Assembly (NCBI RefSeq): GCF_006345805.1
Contig: NC_043005.1
Location: forward strand, 32,302,001-32,366,000
From: Octopus sinensis
Lineage: Eukaryota
Length of the DNA: 64,000 bases
Direction of reading: 5' to 3'
The position numbers and the translations under genes were made by a program. Of the stretch, positions 50,721-64,000 are shown piece after piece. The stretch's first letter is position 1. Every line of letters starts with the position of its first letter. The notes beneath the pieces are model-generated. The model saw only the letters and a program-made list of their open reading frames with translations, did not search any database and was not told the DNA's origin.

Positions 50721-51948
50721 TATTTTATGTTGTTTTTTTGATTAGTGTTATTGTTGGTATTATTTGTACTACGCTTCATTCTCATCATTTCATTATTATT
50801 GTTGTTATAATTGGTGTTGCAATTTCTATTCTTGTTAGTGTTGGAGATTATAGCTTTCTGTACTTTACTGCTTAATTTAGGTAAATTTTTATATTCCTTA
50901 TTATTGCTATTGATGTTATCTATATTATTACTAGTCATTATATTATTATATGGAATATATTTAATTTTACTTTTGTATCCTGCATTTTAGTGCCTTGTAT
51001 TGTTCTTTGTTTATTGAATAAATCCTCATTAGAAGAGAGATAAGGTATTTTTTTACTAATGCTTTTTATAAGAGCTTTTTTTTTATCGATTATGGATGAT
51101 TACTAAAAGAGTGTATATATTTTAAGTTAGAATTTGGTTTCATGTAAGGTTCATGCAGTCCTGTATTTAAATTACAGTTAACATCTAGGTAGTTGATTGA
51201 CTAGTTTTCATTCTTTTTAGTGATAGAAAGGGTGAATCTATTGAAAAATTTGTACAAACGTTTTTTTAAGTAGTTCTAGGTGTCTGGTAGAGGTATTTCT
51301 AATTATAAAAATGCATCAACCCTGTAGAATCCCCCTCCAAATTCTGGGAATTCCTTATTTAGGTTGTCTAATAGTTATATTCTCACTAAATCAGTCACTT
51401 CCGCTGAATCCAGGGATCTCATTGTTATATCAAAATAATTAGGGATATCCTTTCTTGCTCACAATTTATTATCAAATTTAATAATAGACTTCTGGGCCTT
51501 GAGGATTATGTAGATTTCTTTCAGTGGTTCTTAGCAAAAATAAGAGCACTACTTAAGACAGTAGGGTTTATGAAGGAGTAGTAATTTTGAATATCTATTT
51601 GTAGAAGTTTATGTTTATCCTTATGTTGTATATTAGAGAACAAACCGATTGCATTTTGGGTACTAGTCCATAATTCAAGTTTAATCTTTTTCCTAAGGGT
51701 AGGTATGTACTTATCTAAAATTGCTTTGCTAAGTTTTCCTAAATCTAATTTATTGGGGTAAATTAATCTAACCTGGGTGTTACTTAAGAAGTTATTCTTA
51801 TGGTCCTTAACTGTGATACAAGGTTTAACCTTATATGTGTGTGTGTGTGTAAATTAGAGTAAATCACTCTACTGTACTATAACTTACAGTGTGCTTCTTT
51901 TGGGGATTTATGATTTACTGATCATATATATATATATATGTATTTATA

Positions 51949-52751
51949 CAGGGTGGGTGAAAAGAAAGTAGGCATTAAAAATTGGTAATAAAATCCATAT
52001 TCCTTTTACAAATTTATTGAAACAAATGATATATTCTTTATTACATGGGAAAATAAAAGTGAATCTTCATATTTCAACAAAAGCACTGGTGGCATCAACC
52101 AGTTTCCTCAAACAGTCAGGGATAGATGGAATGAACAACCTTCTGAAAGATGCCACCTGGAATATCCTTGAGAACCTCCTGAATCTGTGTCTCCATGTCT
52201 TCAAGTGTGCGAGGCACTGTCTTGTACACCTCCTCCTTGTAAACTGTAATGGGATTTTCACGGACAAAAATTCAATTCTTTATGCAACATTGTACATATT
52301 GTGTGTCTTGTTTGTCTACTTTCATGAGCTACTTGATGTGCTGATTTTTGCAGATTGCAATTAAACATTTCTTGCACTGTTGCCATGTTCTCCGCTGATC
52401 GGGATATGTTTGGATGGCCACTTCTTGCACTGTTCACAGAGCCTGTAGTCATCAGCTTTGCATGGCAACTTTTTATTGTCTCTGGATGTAGTGTTGGATG
52501 CTTACCTTTCCAGGCATGCCACCATATCTGAACCAAAACAATGGAATTCCACACTTCATAGCATGCTGCTATCTTAGCTCACCCTTGAAAAGTCAAGCAA
52601 CTGGCCATCTGGAAAATAAGAAATAAGACAATAAGAAAATAAAAAATCCCCATTATTGTTGCTTGTTTAAAAAATGTTTTTGTCATGACTTCAGTGATAC
52701 TAAAAATTCTATAAGAAACTTCTAATGCCTAGTTACTTTCTACCCACCCTG
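51949..52751 (-). mobile_element. Internally deleted Tc1/mariner element
   Basis: TIRs CAGGGTGGGTGAAAAGAAAGTAGGCATT / AATGCCTAGTTACTTTCTACCCACCCTG with TA on the left. HTH region TGSVNSARSGHP..RSAENMATVQE (ORF 52258-52554) is fused to the C-terminus; the catalytic core is missing. Confidence 0.85.
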
Positions 52752-52757
52752 CATATA

Positions 52758-53175
52758 CTCTCTTTTACTCTTTTACTTGTTTCAGTCATTTGACTGCAGC
52801 CATGCTGGAGCACCGCCTTTAGTCGAGCAAATTGACCCCAGGACTTATTCTTTGTAAATTGAGTACTTATTCTATCAATCTCTTTTGCCAAACTGCTAAG
52901 TTATGGGGACATAAAAACACACCAGCATCGGTTGTCAAGCGATGTTTTTTTTTGGGGGGGGGGGGGTTAGACAACTACAGATACACAAACACACACACAC
53001 ATATACATATATACAACGGGATTCTTTCAGTTTCCATTTACCAAATCCACTCACAAGGCTTTGGTTGGCCTGAGGCTATAGTAGAAGACACTTGCCCAAG
53101 GTGCCACACAGTGGGACTGAACCTGGAACTATGTGGTTGGTAAGCAAGCTACATACCACACAGCCACTCCTGTGC
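52758..53175 (-). mobile_element. Full-length SINE family B
   Basis: tRNA-like head GGAGTGGCTGTGTGGT..GGTTCAGTCCC, core, internal TG run and (GTAAAAGA)n tail. Confidence 0.9.
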
Positions 53176-53843
53176 TTATATATATATAAATCAAGAGTAG
53201 GACAGCAAGAACACAACAAACAGAAATCCAACAAAAAACATCACATGGAAAAATAGACAGTAATATAACAAATGGGAAACTGAGCAAAAACAAGATACAT
53301 GGATCATTTATAGCTAACTTTCTCGTCACTCAGTGTCTGGAAGGTCATAGCAGATTTGTGCTCTTTTACTCCTGAGACCAGCAAGCACCAGAGCATTAAG
53401 CTAAAAGCCATAAGCTTCTGCAAAAGGCAAATGAATGTCTACAAGAACAAGAAAGCAAGAATTATACACATACAATAGATGAATGCCTTTCAGCTATACA
53501 ACAAAACAAAAATAATGGTACAGTTACAAATAAATAACAGAAAATGTCTTTTGTCTATTAGACAAATGTAACATGATACAGTAATAATGCAAGTGCAAGA
53601 GAACAGGAATTATACATGTACAATAGATAAACACCTTTTGGCTATACAACAAAATGAAAATAATTGTACAGTTACAACATAGATAAATAACAGAAAGGAT
53701 CTTTCGTCTATCAGACGAACATAGTAGGCTGGTGCAAAGGAGAAATGGTAAGTCTTAACAGACTGAGCAGCAGGACAGATGAATGTGACAATATATATAT
53801 TGGTCAGTAGTTTATATAACTGAAAAAGAAGCACACTCTAAAA

Positions 53844-54397
53844 CAGTGGTTCTTAGACTTTTCAAAATCTTTTATGTACCAGTCCCTGACTTGTGGTCCC
53901 CTATAAAATGCAAGATAATCAACACGGCAAAAAATGACATACATTTGTGTACCATAATTTCTGGACTATGAACCACACTGCCCATAGACCCACAACACCA
54001 AAAACCTCAACTTAATCCAGGCAATGCTCCATTGGGATACATTAAATGCACTTGAAAATATGGAGAATCAGTTGGTCAATTGGTTACAAAACAAATGAGA
54101 AATGAAAAATACCGACAGCACATGCACGATCAACCGTTATACCCGCATATTTTCTTTTGGCAATCACACTTGTACAACAAGTGTCATTAGCAAATGAGTG
54201 TGTAGGAATGATGTGGGTTTTTGAGGTCAACAAGAAAAAAGGATGATAGCATGTGCAAAATTGAAAGTCTTGAAATTTTAAAATTTAACTGTCTCAAGCC
54301 ACTCTGTTTTCACAATACTTTAGCATCCCTTCGTGGTTCTCCTAAAATCGTTTCACAGTCATCTTGGGGACCGTGGACCCCAGTTTCAGAACCACTG
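53844..54397. mobile_element. hAT-type MITE
   Basis: TIRs CAGTGGTTCT / AGAACCACTG; perfect 8-bp TSD CTCTAAAA at 53836-53843 and 54398-54405. Confidence 0.92.
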
Positions 54398-54459
54398 CTC
54401 TAAAACATTAGCACAGCAGTATAGTTAGATTAGAAGGCTGTTTATCATGGCCAGCCATA

Positions 54460-55225
54460 GAGTGACCATTGCTATCCCTCCTTCTCTTTATATCCGCTGG
54501 GTCGTCAGCCTCTTCCGTCCCCTACCCTTTTTGTCAGCTGCTGATCCGGTTTCCTCGTATTTCTTAAATAAGCACTGAATTGTGCGCCTGGCTACACCAA
54601 GTTTTCTGGCTATTGCAGCCTCCGACAGCTTCCCACGTCACGAGAGAGCCTCGTACCGTCTCTCCAAGGTCATGCGAGGTCTTGGGCCCATCTAGGAATG
54701 TTATTTTCATTAAAACTGTTCATTTGAATAATGTTATGCTATAACAAAACTGCTATGAGTTATTATTCATTAAACAAAAAAGAAAGAAAACAGAATTTCT
54801 CACCTTATTTGATGTATAACTGAAAGTTTTGTGAACCGGAAGTGACGTCACCAAGCAGAGTGTAGGAGAATTTGTGAGGAAAAAAAATCTTGCAAATACA
54901 CAAATCAATTAACCTACGAGCTGTTCAAAACGTCTTACGCGATGAGAAAACTTAGTACGGTGTGATTTCGGTCCTTGCGAGGCGCTACCTATATCTATTA
55001 AACAAAGGAAGATTTGTCTGCATCTGCACTCCAAGTTGTTGTTGCACTGCTATGTCAACATCATTAGGCTGTTGACTCTCAAACTGCTCTGCAAACAAAG
55101 TTACGTCATCGTTCTGCGCAACAGTGAACTCGCAACAAAGCAATAGTTCGAGATATGGTCACTAGGTGACAGCAAATACCTTGAGTGAAGAGTAAATCAA
55201 GGGTGCTAATTAATTTCTGACGGTA

Positions 55226-55228
<3 letters not shown>
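54460..55228 (-). mobile_element. Tc1 5' half (TIR + N-terminal paired-like HTH)
   Basis: TA|CACTACCGTCAGAAATTAATTAGCACC terminus. From 54691: MGPRPRMTLERRYEALS*RGKLSEAAIARKLGVARRTIQCLFKKYEETGSAADKKGRGRKRLTT. Confidence 0.8.
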
Positions 55229-55266
<38 letters not shown>

Positions 55267-55274
<8 letters not shown>

Positions 55275-55940
55275 AAAAAAGGTTTGAAAATGCAATTTAA
55301 ACAATGTTTATTTACTTAACCGGTTTCACTCTTTGGTAAAAGATTGTCAAAAGTAACATTTAAGGAAACATTGAATAATATGGGTTCAAAAAAAGTTTTT
55401 TACATAATTGTCACATTGAATATTATGCATTCAAAAAAGTTTTTTACATAATTGTCACATTGGATATTATGAATTCAAAAATGTTTTTTTATACATAATT
55501 GTCACATTACATGTATAGATATAGTGTTTGGTAACAGAGAAGTTCAATAGTGTGATGAGAATATTTGGGAAAATTTGGCAGAAAAGGATAAAACAAATAT
55601 ATTATTGGGAATTGGTTGCGTTAATTATTGGTTGTCGCAAATTGTCACATTACATGTATATATATACAGTCTTTGGTATATATATACAGCCTTTTGACAG
55701 CAAAAATTAAAATGGATTTTTTATACATCTCAGAATATTTTAAGTTCAAGGCGAGAATATGTTTTTACTGACCTGTCGGTATTAGCAGAAAGGCTGAACT
55801 GAGAGAAAAGAAGAAGTAGCCAATGTGGTGTATACTTCCCCTTTATGCATGAATGATTTTGGGGTTATCAGGAGGTTAGTATGCGGGTGTGAATAGATGT
55901 GTCCGTGCCTGCTGGTCAGATAGCATCTGTTTGTCACACA

Positions 55941-55972
<32 letters not shown>

Positions 55973-56673
55973 GAACACACACACCCACACACAACACACC
56001 CACATATATCACATATACACACAGCACACAAATATAACATGTATCTATATATAATATACACAGATATATAACACACATACACACACAACACACACACACA
56101 CACACAACACACACACACACACACACACATACACACACATATATATATATATACACACACACACATACACACATACCATGCATATACACACACACACATA
56201 CACACACACACATATATATATATATACACACACACACATATATATACATATATACATATATACAATGCACACATACACACACATATATATATATATATAT
56301 AGACAATGCATATACATATATACATATATACATATAAATAGTGTTTACATACACATACATAGATGTACCACATATACACACAATACACATACATACAATG
56401 CATACACATACACGTACGCATACATATAATATATATATACACACACACACACATAACATACATACACAATGCATACATATATATACACGCAATGCATATA
56501 CATGTATTCATGCACATATAGCACACCTACAATATACATATATACAATGCACACATACACACACATATATACACTTAATTGTACACATACATATACAATA
56601 CACATACATACAATATGCATATACACAATGCGCATGCAAATAAATATACACACACACACATACACACACACAT

Positions 56674-56704
<31 letters not shown>

Positions 56705-56779
56705 CATACATACATACATACATGCACATACATATATTTTTTCACACACATACACACATACCATGCATATACACACACA

Positions 56780-56828
<49 letters not shown>

Positions 56829-57036
56829 CAAATACACATGTAAATACATACACACGTACACAATGCTCACACACTCACACACACACACACATACACACAC
56901 ACCCGCACACAGTGCACACACACACACACACATATATACACACGTGCACACACACACACACACAACGCGCACGCACACACACATATACACACACACGCAC
57001 ACAGTGCACACACACACACACACATATATATACACC

Positions 57037-57073
<37 letters not shown>

Positions 57074-57635
57074 ACACACACACAACACTCACACACATAC
57101 ATCACCTACATATATATAATGCATGCGTGTGCATGCCACGTATGTGTGCGGTCAATGCCCGCTAGTGTGTCCTATGCGTGCCGATGCGCGCATGTGCCCG
57201 CCCGCACGATATGCTGTGAGCATGCGCGCGTCCCTGTGTGCTTGCTCTGGATGTGTTTCCAGGGGGTATGTTAGAGTATGTTTAGTTGTGGTCTGTATTT
57301 TTGAATAAGATTACTTTCCTTATTTATTCGTGTTTGGTCTGTGTGTATTGTATGTGTATATATATGCTAGGTGTATTTGTGTGATATTTATATTATGTAT
57401 GTATGTGTGCGTGTGTTGTGTGTGTGTGTGTATGTGTGTGTGTGTTGTGTGTGTATGTGTGTTATATATCTGTGTATATTATATATAGATACATGTTATA
57501 TTTGTGTGCTGTGTGTATATGTGATATATGTGGGTGCGTTGTGTGTGTGTGTGTGTGTTGTTTGTATGTGGTGTGTGTTTGTATACTATGTGTGTGTTTG
57601 TATACTATGTGTGTGTGTGTGTGTGTGTGTGTTGT

Positions 57636-57667
<32 letters not shown>

Positions 57668-58341
57668 TGTGTGACAAACAGACGCTATCTGACCAGCAGG
57701 CACGGACACATCTATTCACACCCGCATACTAACCTCCTGATAACCCCAAAATCATTCATGCATAAAGGGGAAGTATACACCACATTGGCTACTTCTTCTT
57801 TTCTCTCAGTTCAGCCTTTCTGCTAATACCGACAGGTCAGTAAAAACATATTCTCGCCTTGAACTTAAAATATTCTGAGATGTATAAAAAATCCATTTTA
57901 ATTTTTGCTGTCAAAAGGCTGTATATATATACCAAAGACTGTATATATATACATGTAATGTGACAATTTGCGACAACCAATAATTAACGCAACCAATTCC
58001 CAATAATATATTTGTTTTATCCTTTTCTGCCAAATTTTCCCAAATATTCTCATCACACTATTGAACTTCTCTGTTACCAAACACTATATCTATACATGTA
58101 ATGTGACAATTATGTATAAAAAAACATTTTTGAATTCATAATATCCAATGTGACAATTATGTAAAAAACTTTTTTGAATGCATAATATTCAATGTGACAA
58201 TTATGTAAAAAACTTTTTTTGAACCCATATTATTCAATATTTCCTTAAATGTTACTTTTGACAATCTTTTACCAAAGAGTGAAACCGGTTAAGTAAATAA
58301 ACATCGTTTAAATTGCATTTTCAAACCTTTTTTCTTATATA
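55267..58341. repeat. Long near-perfect inverted repeat (arms ~55267-56120 and ~57410-58341) around a CA/TA microsatellite spacer
   Basis: Identical ORF translations at 55528-55710(+) and 57898-58080(-). Only three substitutions were spotted by eye in ~670 bp of unique arm. Confidence 0.95.
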
Positions 58342-58372
58342 ATCCCACTCGTGCGATACCCCACAACTCAAC

Positions 58373-60280
<1,908 letters not shown>

Positions 60281-61195
60281 GCAGTGTGTTTGAAAGTGAA
60301 TGTTTGTAATTGTGAAGCAAACAACATAACCACAGTCTGTGTTCCTTGCTCCTCTCTCTCTCCCTCTGTCTCTCTCACTTACTCTCAGCATCTCTCTTAC
60401 TCTCTCCTTAAGCAAACAGAGCAGTCAACAGTTATTACATTGTATTAACATGAGATTTTCTTACAAGAAAGTGTCATTTAGGAGAATTGGAGAATGGGTG
60501 GAGGAAACATGAAGAATGATGAGTAAGAAGCTGACCATTTGTACAGACTGACTACAAGGCAGTACAGTGGTGGTGGTGGTGGGTATGCAGGGTAGCTTAG
60601 GTACAGACACTAGTTCTTTTGTTACTCTTTCTTTTCAATATCATCTTCATCATCACAATCATCACTATCTCCTCCTCCTCCTCCTGGTCACTTGTATTGA
60701 CTATACCCTCCCTCCAAAAACTTGGACCTTCTGCCAATATTATAAGTAATTATTGTAATTAATCTGCATTAGAAACGATGCTTCACATTTTTTATGGTTT
60801 TTTTCCCATTGTTTGTGTGAAGAAGAGAAAAAATGCATTTTTTATTCCTTGAAGTAAAATTATGAGTTATCTTTTAGACCTAGGTCAATCCCGGTTCTAT
60901 AGAGCTATGATTAAATGTATTCCATAATGACCAGCATATTTTTTTCTTTTAACAGATGATAGAATGTGATTTGAGGGGGATTTTGGTTGCTACCACTAGC
61001 AGGCAAGATGACCTTATAAATGTTCTCTTGTTGTTTCATCCGATTTTTATGTAGGAGGATAGTAAGAACTTTGTTTGGGGTTGGGGACAAGAAATTATCC
61101 TGGGCACATATGTTGTTAGGTGGTGGGGTCTGATAGTGCACAGAGGAATGGGTGTGTTGAAGATAAGGATGTAAATGAAAATATTTTATTATCAA

Positions 61196-61367
61196 CAGTG
61201 ATGTAGTGTGGGTAGGGCCTCTGAGCTGGTTGCCCTGGGAACAAAATTCTTAATGAGTATAAAATTTTAAATAAAATACTAAAGAAGTGATGATAAATAA
61301 TGAATAGCTGGCCTGTCCCAGAAAACTTGTCTTGCCTTGGCTGCTGGTTACCCTCATTACACCACTG
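61196..61367. mobile_element. Degenerate hAT-like MITE
   Basis: CAGTGATGTAGTGTGGGTA / TACCCTCATTACACCACTG; imperfect 8-bp flanks ATTATCAA / ATTTTTAA. Confidence 0.55.
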
Positions 61368-61592
61368 ATTTTTAAATGGTATCATGCTGTTTTGGGACGA
61401 GATTTTGATTGTGTAGTAGTGATGTGGTGAGGTTGACAGCAGGGAGGTGAAACAATTGCATGTTTCTTGCATCTGAGAGGCCAAAGGTTTACATTTCAAT
61501 AATTATTTATTGGTTTACATCACTATGCCTTTTTGCAGTATTTTACTGTTTCAGAACTTGGATATTGGTAAAACTGGTAAACCATAGCATGA

Positions 61593-62151
61593 AAGGTAAT
61601 ATTTATCCCCACTTAAATGTGGATGTTCTGGTAGATCAAACTTTACTGTGGTTGATACTATGAGTGAAACTCTCATATTGCTTTTGGTGCAAAATGGACT
61701 CTTGTTTATATCGCTAGCAGGGAAATAAATCTCCACCATCTCCAGCACTGAGACCACCAGATCATGTGATTTCAGTCTTCATTTGGTTTCATCAATGATA
61801 GATACTCAACTACAAGAGATAGCAGGAACTCATCTCTCTGCCAGCAATATATAGAAAAAACAGTGCCATAACAGGCACTGGTGTCATGATTATCATTGGC
61901 AGGAAGATGATTCTCTGCTATCTTAAGTAGTTGAGTATCTATCATTAATGAGACCAAGGAAGATTGAAATCATGTGATTTAGTGGTCTTGATACTGAAGA
62001 TTTGGCACTGGGGATTTATCTCTCTGCTTGCAGTATAAATGAGCTTGCATTCTGCACCAAAGCCAATATGAGAGTTTTTCTCATGGTATCTATTGCAGTA
62101 AAATTTGCTCTAACAGAACATTCCCATTTAAGTGGGGATAAATGTTACCTT
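61593..62151. mobile_element. 559-bp foldback (palindromic MITE-like) element
   Basis: Arms are complementary from AAGGTAATATTTATCCCCACTTAAATG to CATTTAAGTGGGGATAAATGTTACCTT, inward to ~61850/61895. ORFs 61551(-) and 62002(+) give similar peptides. Confidence 0.85.
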
Positions 62152-64000
62152 ACAGTATTAATACTGCCTCTGTTGCTAAGATATATTTTATAGCCTGAAA
62201 TACCTTGCTGTATTTGGTTGTAACCATTATTTTGAATTTAAGGACTTGTGCCTAAAGCAGAAAGGATTATTATTGAAGTTCAAAGACTGCCAAACTTTGT
62301 TTTTATGTATTTTGAAATGAAATTAATTCAATAAGCCCTGGAATTGATTTAATTAACTATAGCCTCTTTCCGAAATTGAGGCCTTGTATCAAGATTAAAA
62401 ATAAACATTTTTGTATTGTGGCTTCTGATGGCTTTAGACATGTTTTCTTGCAACTGAGGTTCACTTTTATATGAGACTGAGATCATCAGGAAATCTCAAT
62501 AAAACAATATCTAGTTGCTTTCCTTGAAAACCATTTTCTATTTCTATACATGGCTATATCATCATAGATTACAAGATAGATATATGATGAAAATTAAGCC
62601 TGCTTTAAGACAGGATGAAAATATTTATAAATATGCATTTTATAATAATTAAAGTAATGGATTTTTCTACAATTTGTAATTATTTTGAAATAACTGCTTA
62701 TTAACATATGGCTGATATCTGTTTGTGGAAAGTAAGTGATGTAATTTATTGAGCTAGACAACCGATATTACTAATGTTTATTTCATTGATCCTGGAAGGT
62801 TGAGTAGAAAATTGACGCTATTATTTAGAATGGGTTGATAAGAGTTAAGGATCCTTGAAAGGGATAAAGTGTAATGTTTAAAATGAGATTCTAATAACAA
62901 TCTTCCAGCCAGAAGTAAAGCAACTTAGCAAACTTGGTATATAAAGACTGAGAAAAAAAAAGAATGTTCTTCAATTTTTTAAATATATTTGTTTGTCATA
63001 ATTGGTTTTAACCTGTGTGGTTCAAACAATGAGTTTTGGTGTTTTGTAGGCATTAATTCCACCGATGAACTCTTTTATAATTGATTCAACCTGAAATGGC
63101 AACAGAATAATATGGAGTCTTAAAGACAGATTTATTTTGTGTGTGTTGTTACTAAATCCTGCTGATTGATCACTGTTTTCTACTATGTCTGATGCCATGC
63201 AATAGATTCACGTATGATTGATTAAAGACTATATTACTTGCTACCTTTTGATTGATTCATTTTGTTTGACCTTGTTATCTTAGTATATCAGTGGATACCA
63301 TCTTGATTCTTTTGATTCAATGACTTGTCTCTCAAGATATCTCCAGAAACTAATACATGTTTCTTTTCATTCAAAGTTGGCTGGTTTCATATCCAATCCA
63401 ATGTAGTAGAGTACTTTGTATCTGGTAGGAATGGCTAAGAACATTGACTCTTAATGCTCTGCTATTCCACTCAACAAATGTATACTAGTGGACTGTTAAT
63501 TAGTTTGGCAGTCTTTTGTGTGCATCAGCGTGTCTGAGCATATACTCATAAAATATAAAATCGTATTTCGAATACAAATTTTATTTTTTGTGTTTTATCT
63601 CAGAATTCAAATTTCTCATATATTGATCCTGATAACTATAATCACTTTATTATATTAGTTCTTTTTGTATTGGGCAGCCAAATATTTGACATCAAGCAAT
63701 TTAATTATTGTAAAGAAATTTGAAAGGAAAAGATAAGGAAGAGAGTGGGAGAGAGAGAGAAGAGGAGAGAAAGGGAGAGGAAGAGAGAGAGAAGACAGAA
63801 TTCACAATTAGAAAGAGATAATGAAATAGAATTAAAATAAAATATTACGTTATCCACAGTTGATCAGGAAATAAAGGATTTGAAACTAAAATCTTATGTT
63901 TTTGATGTATTTTTTTTTTGTAATCAAATAAAAATATAAACAAAGTAGAAGTTGTTGAAAAACTGTTGTTGAAAGAATAAGTTATTGGCTGGTTTATTGC

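Larger units (their letters stand above)
48088..51833 (-). mobile_element. Penelope-like element of Naiad type, fragmented (RT 50955-51833; thumb/linker 50045-50445; Cys motif and GIY-YIG start 48088-48320)
   Basis: Manual minus translation gives ITVKDHKNNF..VRLIYPNK.DLGKLSK.ILD, IDIQNYY, FDITMRSLDSAEVTDLV, GFYRVDA, INYLDVNCNLNTG..PYMKPNSNLKYIHSFSNHP, TNLVKSMFKI, KHFDKNSKY..INSKTIKIG and CDCRNKDNC.L...C...NEIYQCTVTT. Confidence 0.8.

Noticed and set aside
50955-51833. Selenocysteine codons in the Naiad RT
   Set aside because: The visible TGAs occur among other stops and frameshifts, one apparently replacing a Trp; no SECIS region is retained.
53100-53175. tRNA gene
   Set aside because: The A/B-box-like head continues into a SINE body found repeatedly in the window; no full cloverleaf.
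55782-57826. Long Cys/Val- and His/Thr-rich ORFs
   Set aside because: Translations of CA/TG/TA microsatellites that lack stops by composition.
62200-64000. Host exons in the terminal non-repeat region
   Set aside because: Isolated splice-like sites (for example GTAAGT ~62731 and ttttgtAG ~63049) with no open, recognisable frame between them.

Overview
AT-rich eukaryotic genomic DNA made almost entirely of decayed transposable elements and microsatellites. The SINE families and repeat landscape look like an octopus or other coleoid cephalopod (inference from recalled families). No intact host gene, RNA gene or CRISPR array can be supported, and most long ORFs in the track are microsatellite or antisense artefacts. 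Recognisable retroelements are Ty3/Gypsy pol and gag remnants, several R4/Dong-type REL LINE families stacked in (AAT)n tracts, RTE/BovB, L1/Tx1 and a young CR1-type LINE, tRNA-derived SINEs, and a fragmented Naiad-type Penelope-like element. DNA elements are pogo (POGK-like), Tc1/mariner, hAT and piggyBac-type elements or MITEs, plus Helitron pieces. The most notable structures are: (1) a ~3.1-kb near-perfect inverted repeat (55267-58341) whose outward-facing ends each carry a minimal-hammerhead-shaped motif, AATAAA and, on one side, a 35-nt tail, suggesting a young non-coding Penelope-type element with a microsatellite body; (2) a Naiad element split by AAT-targeting insertions; (3) a 559-bp foldback; (4) a small CpG-retaining island near 21-22 kb with candidate exons. 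Boundaries were read by eye and are approximate unless a TIR or TSD is quoted.
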